A stretch of DNA of 64,000 nt, taken from positions 496,001 to 560,000 of the forward strand of contig NIVC01000460.1 in assembly GCA_002269645.1 (NCBI GenBank). The letters run 5' to 3'. Positions 28,375 through 41,100 of this stretch are shown here, piece by piece (position 1 is the first letter of the stretch; every line of letters begins with the position of its first letter). The notes beneath the pieces are model-generated. The model was not told the DNA's origin, ran no database searches, and was given only the letters and a program-made list of their open reading frames with translations. This DNA is from Macrostomum lignano (Eukaryota). Both the position numbers and the translations under genes were made by a program.

Positions 28375-28750
28375 TTAAACACAGTGCAGATAGTGAATAA
28401 ACAGTGCAGATCGTGAATGAACAACAATGGACATTGTGAATGAGCAATGCAGATAGTGAATAAACAGTGCAGATCGTGAATGAACAACAATGGACATTGT
28501 GAATGAGCAATGCAGATAGTGAATAACAGTGCAGATCGTGAATGAACAACAATGGACATTTTGAATGAGCAATGCAGATCGTGAATGAGCAATGCAGATC
28601 GTGAATGAGCAATACAAATCGTGAATAAACAGTGCAGAGCGTGAATGAACAATTCACATCGTGAATAACAATTCACATCGTGAATGAACAATGCACATCG
28701 TGAATGAACAGTTTACATCGTGAATGAACAATGCAGATCGTGAATAAAAA
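28375..28750. repeat. Degenerate ~20-bp minisatellite (ATGAACAATGCAGATCGTGA)
   Basis: Read directly from the sequence. Confidence 0.85.
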
Positions 28751-29587
28751 AATGAATTTAGTGAAAGAGAAAGGCGCGAAGATGGCTAGGTGAGTGAGAA
28801 CGGCTGGCCATTACTCTGAAGCACTGTGTATTGCAATGAAGTGCTGTTGAGCGCTGGTGGAGCGAGACGGTTGCCTCATTATTTCTACTTCTTGCTGTGT
28901 GATATGGCTGGATTGGTCGCGAGAAGCAATAGAGAAATTCATTTGTTTCGGAGAAGCAGCTCGGGGTAACAGGCTTCCTACACTGCATTGTAACTTTCAT
29001 TGCACTCCGTGTTTTGCTGCTCTCCTAAAGTGACCTCCTCAGCCACTCCTCTTCTCAGGGCTTCATTAGTTTTTGTTCCTATCGCACAGGCCCGGGATTT
29101 GTCCCAGACTAAACCCTTCTAAGCAAACTACACATCTTAACCGTCTGCCCCATCCTTACAGCATCCTGCCTAACATCCGGCACTGCAACCCTCCCTGTTC
29201 GTCTTTTCCTATCTCCGGCTCCCAACTCCCATTGTTGCCAGAGGGGAAGCTCGGCTTTTTACTGAAAAAAGACGAAAATTCGAGGAAAAATTTCCCGCGC
29301 AAAGCAAACATCCGCTCCTCGCCGTGTGGACCAGGCCCAGGTCGCTTCTGACAATGCCAGGCTCTCCCCTGCTTTCAGCAATAATTTCCTTTATTGTCCA
29401 GAGCTTCTTTCGGAAGCAATTATTGCAGCTCCTCTCTGACTAAAAGATTCAAATCATTGTTCAGATGTTTTTATAAATAGAAATAAGGGGGCTAGGGAAT
29501 TTGTTCTAATTAGCTTTAGCAGGTAGGGAGGGGACGAGTGGAGCTTCCTAATTAATATAAGTTCTGTACGTGTCTTGTTCCGTACGG

Positions 29588-29858
29588 AATAATAATATAA
29601 TTATAATAACTGATTACACCTGCCCTAATGGACAGATGTGAAACCGACAGCTCAGCCGCAGCTATTGCGCGGCGCATCTGAAGGCTGCGTACGGCTGTTC
29701 AGTCCAAGGACTGGGGGGTCGCCACACACACCCTCAATTACCCCAGCTAATGCTGGCACCCAATTTACAGCTGAGTGAACTGAAGCAATGCAGAGTGAAG
29801 TGTCTTGCTGAAGGACACAAATTGCTCCGAGTGGGATAGGGAATCGAACCCCGACCTC
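29588..29858 (-). mobile_element. Same SINE family, copy 2 (5'-truncated; B box kept)
   Basis: Reverse complement of 27290-27530 with high identity; AT-rich tail. Confidence 0.85.
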
Positions 29859-29889
29859 AGAATGCGAAACTGATAAGTAGCTAAGTATG

Positions 29890-30680
29890 AGTGTTCATGA
29901 GTTCCTGAGTTCCTGAGTTCATGGGTTCCTGAGTTCATGAGTTCCTGAGTTCATGAGTTCCTGAGTTCATGAGTTCATGAGTTCCTGAGTTCCTGAGTTC
30001 CTGAGTTCATGAGTTCCTGAGTTCCTGAGTTCATGAGTTCCTGAGTTAATGAGTTCCTGAGTTCATGAGTTCCTGAGTTCATGAGTTCCTGAGTTCCTGA
30101 GTTCATGGGTTCCTGAGTTCCTGGGTTCCTGAGTTCATGAGTTCATGAGTTCCTGGGTTCCTGAGTTCATGAGTTCATGAGTTCATGGGTTCCTGAGTTC
30201 CTGGGTTCCTGAGTTCATGGGTTCCAGAGTTCATGAGTTCCTGAGTTCATGGGTTCCTGAGTTCCTGGGTTCCTGAGTTCCTGGGTTCCTGAGTTCCTGG
30301 GTTCCTGAGTTCATGAGTTCCTGAGTTCATGGGTTCCTGAGTTCATGAGTTCCTGAGTTCATGGGTTCCTGAGTTCATGAGTTCCTGAGTTCATGGGTTC
30401 CTGAGTTCATGAGTTCCTGAGTTCATGGGTTCCTGAGTTCCTGGGTTCCTGAGTTCCTGGGTTCCTGAGTTCATGAGTTCCTGAGTTCATGGGTTCCTGA
30501 GTTCATGAGTTCCTGAGTTCCTGGGTTCCTGAGTTCATGAGTTCCTGAGTTCATGGGTTCCTGAGTTCCTGGGTTCCTGAGTTCCTGGGTTCCAGAGTTC
30601 ATGAGTTCCTGGGTTCCTGAGTTCCTGGATTTATGTGTTATTGAGTTTATGAAATTATGAGTTCATGAGTTCAGGGTTCC
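29890..30680. repeat. 8-bp minisatellite G(A/G)GTTC(C/A)T
   Basis: About 95 units with two variable positions. Confidence 0.95.
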
Positions 30681-31102
30681 TGAATTATTTAAATAGCCCT
30701 TAAAAACTGCATCACTAATTGCTTGGCCATAGTTTAATTGGCTACGTAAAATCTGCTCAAAAAGAGCATCTCTCAGCCGCAGATCTGTCCCTTCTGCGTA
30801 GATTTTAATTGACTGTTCGTCATTTCTGTTCCCGGGGATTATAAAGCCTGTGACGGTTGGGGGTCTTTCTTCTTGAAACTAAAAATGATAGCTGGGGAAT
30901 GGTGCTAATAATAATTACCTTTGTGTGGCCGCAGTCCTACCTGTCTGCCTGTTTAAGAAAACCGTTAGTCGACTGGATTCGAGATTAAAAACCTCCACTA
31001 GGTTTAAAAAATTGGTTGTCAATTTATTAACTGATGGTTGATGAGTAAGAAGATTGGCTGACTTCACAAACGACGAAGTTTTATTAATAGAAATATCTTG
31101 TA

Positions 31103-31345
31103 GCGGGCGGCCCGCCAAGTCTCTCTATCTGGCCCTCGGGTCCTTTGAAACTTCACAATAGCAATCCGGCCCGCTCAAGCCAAGGTTGGTGTCGCTTTTC
31201 AGCTCTCTTCTCTCTCCAATCTCCTCTCCTCTCCTCTCCCCTATATTCTCTCTTCTATCCCTTGTTCTATCCTTTCTCCTCTTCTCTCTCCTCTTCTCTT
31301 CTCTCCTCTCTCGGGCCCGGGAGATAGAGTTTGCCAACGGCCCTG
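31103..31345. mobile_element. hAT (Charlie/Buster-like) MITE fragment with CT-rich interior; right end only
   Basis: Ends GTTTGCCAACGGCCCTG. Shares TCTATCTGGCCCTCG...TTGAAACTT...CAAGGTTGGTGTC with 37876-37980. Confidence 0.55.
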
Positions 31346-31604
31346 CTAAAAAAGTCCGTATTCAATGGTAGCTACAAAAGGAAAATGATCATTTAGCCTA
31401 GAGAAATTTACGCCTAAAAGTTTCAATGTAAACTAATTTTTTTCAAAATAAATGAACTGAACTTATATAAGGTTTAATTAGAGTCTTCGACTTTCATCTC
31501 TTTTAGACTACGAGTATCTTAATTGTACTAAAAGTGACGCGATTATGAGTGTAATCCGGACAAGAATTACACTAAGTTTGGCGGATTATTTGCTGGTCCT
31601 GCCG

Positions 31605-32570
31605 GCGTCCATGTAGGCGGAGCGCTTCGATCTTACTGGTGTCCCTGGAGGCGGAACGCATCTTACCGGCGTCCCTGGAGGCGGAGCGCATCTTACCGGC
31701 ATCCCTGGAGGCGGAGCGCATCTTACCGGCGTCCCTGGAGTCGGAGCGCATCTTACCGGTGTCCCTGGAGGCGGAGCGCTTCGATCTTACGGGTATCCCT
31801 GAAGGTGGAGCGCATCTTACCGGCGTCCCTGGAGGCGGAGCGCTTCTTACCGGTGTCCCTGGAGGCGGAGCGCTTCGATCTTACGGGTATCCCTGAAGGT
31901 GGAGCGCATCTTACCGGCGTCCCTGGAGGCGGAGCGCATCTTACCGGCGTCCCTGGAGGCGGAGCGCATCTTACCGGCGTCCCTGGAGGCGGAGCGCATC
32001 TTACAGGTGTCCCTGGAGGCGGAGCGCATCTTACCGGCGTCCCTGGAGGCGGAGCGCATCTTACCGGCGTCCCTGGAGGCGGAGCGCATCTTACCGGCGT
32101 CCCTGAGGCGGAGCGCATCTTACCGGCGTCCCTAGGCCTGGAGGCGGAGCGCATCTTACCGGCGTCCCTGGAGGCGGAGCGCTTCGATCTTACGGGTATC
32201 CCTGAAGGTGGAGCGCATCTTACCGGCGTCCCTGGAGGCGGAGCGCTTCGATCTTACGGGTATCCCTGAAGGTGGAGCGCATCTTACCGGCGTCCCTGGA
32301 GGCGGAGCGCTTCGATCTTACGGGTATCCCTGAAGGTGGAGCGCATCTTACCGGCGTCCCTGGAGGCGGAGCGCTTCGATCTTACGGGTATCCCTGAAGG
32401 TGGAGCGCTTCTTACTGGTGTCCCTGGAGGCGGAGCGCTTCTTACCGGCGTCCCTGGAGGCGGAGCGCTTCTTACCGGCGTCCCTGAAAGTGGAGCGCAT
32501 CTTACCGGTGTCTTTGGAGGCGGAGCGCTTTTTACCGGTGTCCCTGGAGGCGGAGCGCTTCCTGCCGGCT
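31605..32570. repeat. GC-rich 30-bp minisatellite (GGAGGCGGAGCGCATCTTACCGGCGTCCCT) with longer variant units
   Basis: Read directly; source of the GVPGGGAHLT and LEAERILPAS ORFs. Confidence 0.95.
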
Positions 32571-32825
32571 TACCTAAGAGGGGGATGAGACTGGTGTTAG
32601 GACTACAATTGCTTATTCGTTCCTACAGTGGCACTTAATTCCTTAAAAATGGTACTGCACTTCTAAAAGAGGTCAAGCTGAAGATAGCAACACGCATACA
32701 TCGAGCCAACAACTTAATGGAATGAGAAATCTTGCAACCAAGACTTCAATTTCAGTTTGTAGACTATAGGCCGGGAAACGGACCTACATAGCATTACCAA
32801 ATATTTTGAGATGTGTATAGGGGTT

Positions 32826-33130
32826 TAATATTAATAATAACTGATTACACCTGCCTAATAGTCAGATGTGCAATCGACAGCTCAGCCGCAGCTATTGCGC
32901 GGCGCATCTGAAGGCTGCGTACGGCTGTTCAGTCCAAGGACTGGGGGTCGCCACACACACCCTCAATTACCCCAGCTAATGCTGGCACCCATTTTACAGC
33001 TGAGTGAACTGAAGCAATGCAGAGTTAAGTATCTTTCTTAAGGACACAAATTGCTCCGAGTGGGTCGGGAATCGAACCCCCGACCTTCCAGTCGTGAGTC
33101 CGACGCTCTCACCACTAGGCTACAACCCCC
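32826..33130 (-). mobile_element. Same SINE family, copy 3 (full-length tRNA head)
   Basis: Minus strand begins GGGGGTTGTAGCCTAGTGGTGAGAGCGTCGGACTCACGACTGGAAGGTCGGGGGTTCGATTCCCGACCC and ends in a TTA-rich tail. Confidence 0.9.
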
Positions 33131-35162
33131 AGGTTTAGAAAAATAATATATCAGAGGTTGAAAATTTGACTGCATGACCTAAGTATAGGCATCAGCAACA
33201 AGTCTCTGCACATGGTGTCATGAAATTTCCTTATACTTCGAATCGAATGTTAGCAGCTGTGTAAAAATAACTGAGTTTTGTTTGTTTAAAATCAATTTAA
33301 TCGATAGATTTCTAGCTGACACTTTCTCATTCGCCTCTGCAGGCTTAAGCCAACCTGCTGCAGAGTGTCTGATAATAGATTAACCCAAACCAAATTAAGC
33401 CAATGGGAACAAATTGTGCATCCAAATCCATTAAGCAGATTTCGGCTGTCGGCAATTGATGCTTAGAGTCATATAAAAGATCTCTCTGAGCTCCAATATA
33501 ATTTATTTCCCTAGCTAGCCGCGGGCGATCGGTACAAGCGCAGTGTACATGTGTGCAGCTGTACATGTAGAGATTAAATTATGCTATTCGGGTGTATCCT
33601 CCGGACTGTTTTGTACGGGCCGAGAATTCGCTTAACGTATTCAGAGAATGAAGTCGCAAGACTTGACAAATCTCTCAAGATGTTATGTTATGATCGCAGC
33701 GGAGCCTTTCTGCCTGATTGAGACGTCGATCGGGATGCGTCATTGGGAAGATGGAGGGATAAGAACGGTTTTAGACAATATTTATCTCCGTTAAGTGCAA
33801 TCTGACTTGATTGAAGTGGTTTAATGCCGAGTCCTGACTTTTTCTCGTTAACTAATTTTATCCTTTGTTTTTATTTCTGCAAGAATCGACCTTTATGGTC
33901 CGCAGTTTAGAACTATTTTCATTTTAGTATATAGGATACATGCAGATGATGCTGCTGATATTGGACAATATTTGTATTGATTTCAGTTTCACAACTGGGA
34001 TTATTTTTGCTAGCTACGATCTAATTTTTGCGCAGGTGGTCACTGGGAGTGGTGCGACAGAATTATGGCATATTACAACAGACGCTCATGTTATAGATCG
34101 AGAGAAGCTGTATATTTAAACTCATAAAGAGGACTGCACAGTTCATGGTTGCCGTTCAAGTATTAGCTCTCGTTAAAAACCTGTGCAATGTACGTCTGCA
34201 TGTATAGGTAATAAAATTCTTTGATCACCTTAATTAATTTCGCCCCTAATAGTAGTCTTTCCCCTCGACCCTCGATCACATCATATAGTCTCCCCTGACC
34301 AGATTAAACATGTATAGTCTCTCCCCTGACAAATACTATGCATCCAATATTGTATGACTCATGAGCAGTAGAGTTCAAATCTCCAATGGTATTGAATGTT
34401 GAATCCCAAAAAAGTCATTAGAAAGTGAAAGGTTTTTTCTGTTTTAATTTTTAGCCTAATATAATTCTATATATATGGTATAATTAACATTACTTAAACT
34501 TTATTGGACATACTTATTGGAAAGCTTAATTGAACTCGCTTAGCCTTAGGGTAGGCCTAGAGGATTCATTTGTTATTCCTACTAAATGGTAAATTTTCGA
34601 ATTGAATTTCGGCGAAATCTTTATAAATGAAATAAAAGAGCTAAGTCGATAGTTCTCTGCCAAGTTTCGTTCGTACAACTCGTACCATAAGCATGATGGG
34701 TCTACTATGGCGAGCATGCAGCATAAGCCTAAGCCTAACTTGGGCGAGGCTCTTAAGTAAATAAAATAGCGGAAAGCTGTCAGTTAAGGCCTATTCATTT
34801 AATTTGATAAACTTAGGCTAGGCCTAGTCTTATTTATTTTATGGCCTAGATGGACAAAGTCTAAGCGGCCCCTAAGCCTTAAGTAAACTAGAAAACTTAT
34901 AATTTTTTGATGATCCTTTATTTGTTATGCAACAGAAACTCAATGTACTCTTTAAAAGCTTTAAAGCGTGTTGGGCATAAACCATTTTCAAGGTAGTCAT
35001 TATTTGCATAGTACCTTGTAAATAGTGCCAGTGTTATTTACACAGTAACTGAAATAAATACCTTATAAGTAGTTATCCTATCAAGGACTACCCACTATTT
35101 GTCTCTGTATCTTTTATTTTCATAATGAGTTTAAACTAGGCCTAATTAAAGTTGGTAGATGG

Positions 35163-35564
35163 TAGAGGTCAGATGGGATTGAAATTGGGCAGGATCGGGA
35201 TCAGGAATAATTTTTTTCTTGGGATCCGGATCGGGATTGGGATTCAAGAATCGGGATCAGGTCTTTTAGTGTATTGTCCATGTAAAGTTAAACAAAATTG
35301 AGAAAAGATTGTCAAGATCAAGCAGTAAAACACAACGAAATTGATATGGTTTTGTAACCAACAAAGTAAATAATGTAACGAGTACAAGTTAAAGCAAAAT
35401 ACCTTCAAGTAATCACTATTACACTAATTCTGTAAATTTTTAATCAAAAGACTTGTTCCCGAATCTTGAGTTTTTTAGGGTCAGGATTCTGGTCCCGCGG
35501 GAATTTAATTTTCTTCGGGATCCTAAGATTTCGGGATCAGGATCGGGATTCCGTCCAATCTCTA
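35163..35564. mobile_element. 402-bp hAT-type MITE
   Basis: Perfect 8-bp TSD GTAGATGG (35155-35162 and 35565-35572). Imperfect TIRs TAGAGGTCAGATGGGAT / TAGAGATTGGACGGAAT. Subterminal GGGATC repeats at both ends. Confidence 0.8.
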
Positions 35565-36799
35565 GTAGATGGAGTTTATGTGTGATTTATATGTTAATAG
35601 CTTAGCTTTTTTATTAACTTGTAGTACTTGTACTATTATTAATGCAAAGTATGAAGGTTTCTCAAAACAAACAAACAAGAATTAGCCTTCAAAAGGATAG
35701 ATTTGTGGTCAAATGTTATTGGACCATAGAATAGTATATAATAATATATACAAAAATATATAAAAAAATGTTGTAGAAACAAAAAGCTATAAAATAACAC
35801 CTAACTAAAACACTAAAATCAGTTATAAAATTAAAAAGTTACAGATATTTTACTGCAAAAAACATGCTTTTTTGCCCAAAAACAGTATAGTTTTTACTGT
35901 ATTTGAAATAAGGAAAGAACATTTTTTTAAAGAAAAAACTTCATAACTTTTTTATTATTTGATCAATTTTCTAAAGTCTAGTGTCATTTCACTCATAATA
36001 TCCAGGGCTACAACATGGCATGGTTAAAACTTTGGATTTTGAATTTTTTTCTCATTAGACCTCTTAACCATAGCTATAAGTATACTAGATAATATATAAA
36101 ACTAGTCTTTTTTAGTTACTGTGTAAACAATAACTGCATTATTTATACGGTACCATGCAAAAAACAAGTGCCCATTTTTGAACCTAATAATAACATTGAG
36201 AAAATTAAAATTTGTTCATTTATTAATTAGGCATAATTTATCTAACTAGCTTAACCCTAAGAACTAGGCCTAACAAAAAACTTTGGGTAGCAGGGCTAAA
36301 AATTCCTTTATATTTAAAGCTAAGATTAGGCAAAAAGTGGCTAGAATTAGGTATATTAGACAATTCAAAATTAAATAGCTTAGGGCCTAGCAGATGCACA
36401 CAAATTTGGCAATGAAAAAATTCAGCAATATAAATTTTTAATATAGAAAATTTAGCAAAAGCAAACTTGGCAACAATCTAGACAAATTTGGTGACACATC
36501 TTTTTATATCTAGACAGATTTAGTAAAATTACATGTAGGCCTAATACTTTCTCAAAATGCTTATAAAAGTTATAAATGTGAAATAATAGCCACATACATA
36601 CATGCGCAACTGCTGGCCGACCTGGCCGATCCGGCCACCGTAAATCGTGGCTGACCACGGGTAAGTCGCTAAATTGAGTCAACCAAAAACCAAAAAACAC
36701 AAGAACCAAGACAGGCAAGAGGAAAGCGAAAGAAAGAGCAGTTCAGGGAAAATGGTGAAGCAAAAGAAAAACAATTCGCAAAAGAAGCAAGCTAAGTTG

Positions 36800-37700
36800 T
36801 AAAAATAATCAGGTAAGTCGCAAAAAGGATTAGGTAAGTCGCAAAAGAAGAAAACTAAGTCGCAAAAAGGATCAGGTAAGTCGCAACAGGAATCAGGTAA
36901 GTTGCAAAAGAAGCAAACTAAGTCGCAAAAAGGATCAGGTAAGTTGCAAAAGGGTTAGGTAAGTCGCAAAAAAGATTAGGTAAGTCGCAAAAAAGAATTA
37001 GGTAAGTCGCAAAAAGGATTAGGTAAGTCGCAAAAAGGATCAGGTAAGACGCAAAAAGGATCAGGTAAGTCGCAAAAAGGATTAGGTAAGTCGCAAAAAG
37101 GATTAGGTAAGTCGCAAAAAGAATCAGGTAAGTCGCAAAAGGATCAGCTAAGTCGCAAAAAGATTAGGTAAGTCGCAAAAGGGTTAGGTAAGTCGCAAAA
37201 GGATTAGGTAAGTCGCAAAAAGGATTAAGTAAGTCGCAAAAAGGATTAGGTAAGTCGCAAAAAGGATTAGGTAAGTCGCAAAAAGGATTAGGTAAGTCGC
37301 AAAAAGGATTAAGTAAGTCGCAAAAAGGATTAGGTAAGTCGCAAAAGGGTTAGGTAAGTCGCAAAAGGATTAGGTAAGTTGCAAAAAGGATTAAGTAAGT
37401 CGGAAAAAGGATTAGGTAAGTCGCAAAAGGGTTAGGTAAGTCGCAAAAAAGATTAGGTAAGTCGCAAAAGGATTAGGTAAGTCGCAAAAATGATTAGGTA
37501 AGTTGCAAAAAGGATTAAGTAAGTCGCAAAAAGGATTAAGTAAGTCGCAAAAAGGATTAAGTAAGTCGCAAAAAGGATTAGGTAAGTTGCAAAAAGGATT
37601 AAGTAAGTTGCAAAAAGGATTAGGTAAGTCGCAAAAAGGATTAGGTAAGTCGCAAAAAGGATTAGGTAAGTCGCAAAAAGGATTAGGTAAGTCGCAAAAA
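36800..37700. repeat. About 21-bp minisatellite (AGGTAAGTCGCAAAAAGGATT) inside the hAT element
   Basis: About 40 units of 20-22 bp. Confidence 0.97.
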
Positions 37701-37875
37701 GAAGCAACAAATCGCAATAAGAGGGAAGTAAGTCACAATCAGAGGCAATCAGGGGGTAGTAGGTGCAAGTGTGGCAGGAGAGCAAAAACAGAATAGAAGC
37801 CTTCAACCACAGACAAGATCTTTGAAATCAGAAGCCCGCATCAACAGTTTCCCATTGATTTCTTAAACTCTGGAG

Positions 37876-38130
37876 CAGGGGTTGGCAAACTCCGGCTCGC
37901 GAAGCCCCTCTATCTGGCCCTCGCCCCTCGGGTTCCTTGAAACTTCCTAACTAGCAAGGTTGGTGTCTCTTCAACTCTCATCTCTCTCTTCTTCTCTACC
38001 TTGCCTCCCCTCTTCTCTCTCTCCCCCCTTTTCCCTCTTCTCTCTCCTCTCATTTTTACTCTCCTCTCTTCTCCCCCTTTCTCTCTACCCTTTCTCCTCA
38101 ATGCCCTCTTCTCTCCTCTTATCTTCAGCA
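37876..38130 (+). mobile_element. Nested Charlie/Buster-like MITE, left end
   Basis: CAGGGGTTGGCAAAC TIR preceded by CTCTGGAG, close to the Buster-type target CTCTAGAG. Homologous to 31103-31345. Followed by CT-rich then AG-rich low-complexity sequence to about 38620. Confidence 0.6.
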
Positions 38131-41100
38131 AAAATATGTGCATATTTTCTTACTTCAAAGTAGAGGGAATAGAAGATTAGAGATAAGCAAACAGAGGAGA
38201 GGCGAGCGTTGCGATGGAAGAAAAGATAGAAGAGGAGAGAAAAGCTGAGGGAGAAAAAAGAGATGAGAGAGAAGAGGAGATTAGAGGAAAGAGGAAAGAA
38301 AAGATGATGGATGAGATCAGAAGAGAGGAAAGAGGAAAGAGGAGAGAGTAGATGAGAGAAGAGAGGATAAAGAGGAGATGAGAGGAGAGTGAAGAGAGGA
38401 GAGATGAGAGAGGAGAGATAAGATGAGAGAGTAGAGTGGAGAGAGACGAGAGGGAAGATAAGATGAGAGAGTAGAGTGAAATGGAGAGAGACGAGAGGAG
38501 AGATAAGAATGTAGAGAGGAGACAGAAGAGATAGGAGAGGAGAGGAAAGAGAGAAGGGATAAGGGATGAGAGAGAAAAGAAAAAGAGGATGAGAAGATTG
38601 AGGAATGGAGAGAATTTGCAAAGGCCTCAAATCTTAGTTTAACATGCATTACTCCCATCTTTGCCTTTTTCCTAACTGTTAACAAGTTTTTGTTTGAGCA
38701 TGACTTCAAATTTAGAATCTATGCAAAAATAGTTCCGGGAATTAGAATTCAGTGGTTTAAAAATCTGTGGGTTTTCACAGCTTGTATCTCTACTGGATTC
38801 GTATTCTGCATCTGATGAGCCATCTGAATCAGGGCTCTCATCTTCCATGCCAAATCGTCTAGCAAATCGTTCTTGAGCTATAGGTCACACTGTATTCACT
38901 TCACTTACTTCTGGACATTCATGAATCATGACTTTTGTAGTATGCTCACTACACTGTACTGACAATTTACTAATTGCTTCATGCCGCCACTAGATGACAT
39001 ACTGATTAGCTGTTATAAAAACGCGGAATCTGCACGCAGCACTAATTAGCTGGCGAGGTATTTAGCTTTAAAAATATGGTCATAGTTACTCCTGCCGTTT
39101 ACCTAAAGTTTTTGCTTGGCTCTTTCATAGGTAAGTCGCATTTTTTATCGAAAACTAAGTCGCACGGCCAGCGTAATTTCAGAAGTTGCGCATGTATGGC
39201 CACATAGGTATATTAAAAAACCAAAAAAGTATTTTGTGAAATTCAACATCCTCTATCTTTGAGATTATAATGGTGCATGCGGGCCACTTAACATTTTAAA
39301 CTTTGTCATTTTTCATTGCATGGCATATTTTTGCAAATCCTTTTCTCCAACATTGTAACCAAGTAAAGGACATTATTAGGCATACAAGAAAATTGTGCTT
39401 CTCATTTTTCAAGTCTAAAAGGTTTTTGCTTATGAGGCCACCCAACTTTAAATTGACATAGAGATGAAAGAAAGAAAAATTTGTCAATTAGTTGGTGATT
39501 TGCTGATACCAATGAAGTGGGATGGTTCAATTCTGAATTTCTGCCACAAGTTATACTAGTTATACCCTTGCAAGTAAATGACTCAATATAAAGCTATGTC
39601 AAATATATATACAATTAAAAGAAACTAGTAAGCAAGGTATTAAAATGAAAGGTGATAAAATATTAAAAGTAGCAGGTTAGGAGAGAGGCATAAGAACCAT
39701 GTGGCCTGGACCAGGCCTTATAAATAGTAAGCAGAAACATTAGATCCACACATGGGGTGACAGATAGGGCAAGTGCAAGGGCAATGGGTAGGGCAATAGA
39801 TGGGGCCATAGAAAACAAACAAACAAAACAAGGCTGACAGAGGGGGAAAAGAATGGGACAGGGGAAGGCCGCCAGAAGGAGCAAGTGATAGAAAATATGT
39901 CATGCAAATGTCTATCAAATAACTAGTAGTAGTTTGCCTTACCATAGGTGTAGGGGCACTGTGCAATGACAAACAAAGATAGTCTCCTAGCTGTTACTGG
40001 AGTTGTCCATCATAGGATGAGCCGGAAGTGCATCTGCCGCAGCCAGATATGCGAGATTCGTGCTCTGCCTAGCCATACTAGCAAGACGGCCTTGGTGGCA
40101 AAGCTATAAGATAGCTGGCAGCATGCCTTGGCCTAGAGTGGTAGCATACTCAACCCCTAGGTCAACAATAGCATTAACAAAAAAATTAGGGGCTTCACAA
40201 AGTAATGGAAATGCAATTGAGCAATAATTTACTGTATCACATATATATTATGCATATGAAAAATAATTTCTAAAAGATAGCAAATGTCCATAGATTGACA
40301 GGAATAGTTGCCTAAGCAGCCTTAGTTGCCTAAGTTGCTAATCACTTCTTGCTCCTTTCAGTGTGCTCTACCAATTCCTAAATGTTGGCCTCTAGAAACT
40401 TAGTGAACATTCTTTGTCTACTGCAATTCTTGTAGAGTATCCAAGCATTATAAAGCTTCAAAAACTACTTTTTTATTTTCTTACCTGGCAGATGGGGCTG
40501 CATATGACTATGTAATCTGTAAATGTTACCTATGCACCAATTGTAGGAAAGTGTTGACCTATTTTTTGTACTATTGTTTCTACTCCTTAAATATTTTTTG
40601 GGTCTAAACCTTCTTAGCCACCTCTTTTATGTCTAGCAAATATAGTGTCTTCATTCTATATCTTTTCAATTTTATAGCCAATGCATCATTTTTGTGCATG
40701 AAGGCAATGTTGTTATGTTAGGTGGCACATAAAGCTATCTAAACTCAACTGGCACTGGCACACATTAAAATTCCTTGAGTCAGCATGTATTTCAACAGTA
40801 GATAGGATCTGAACCACTTTTTAACTAAGATGTGGTAGCCTTGGTTTAGCAGATAGTAGCAGAGCTTGACTAAAACCTTGCAATGGTTCATCAAACTGGT
40901 AGTTCTGCTGTAGGGTTGATTAAACATAGAAGTTATATAAGTGGCCCCTTGCTACCCCACATGCAAAGTACAACTTTGTGCCATACATTAACTTTGTCTC
41001 TTGTATAGCACTAAAGAGTTGTCTATGCTTATGTCCTCCTCAGGCTTATACACATTACTTGTAACGAAAGCATCTGTCTATGTTTGTAGCAATTGGCAAA

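Larger units (their letters stand above)
36597..39198. mobile_element. 2.6-kb non-autonomous hAT element
   Basis: Perfect 15-bp TIRs CATACATGCGCAACT (36597-36611) and AGTTGCGCATGTATG (39184-39198). Perfect 8-bp TSD GCCACATA (36589-36596 and 39199-39206). Confidence 0.9.

Noticed and set aside
25190-29400. Short ORFs in the non-repeat parts of the ARH3-LRRFIP interval (e.g. 26036..26272, 29073..29351)
   Set aside because: No homology I can recognise and no consistent exon chain; a gene or old TE cannot be excluded without a search.
33058-33130. Possible functional tRNA-Val(CAC) gene
   Set aside because: Anticodon and acceptor stems pair poorly, and the sequence continues into a SINE body shared by three copies.
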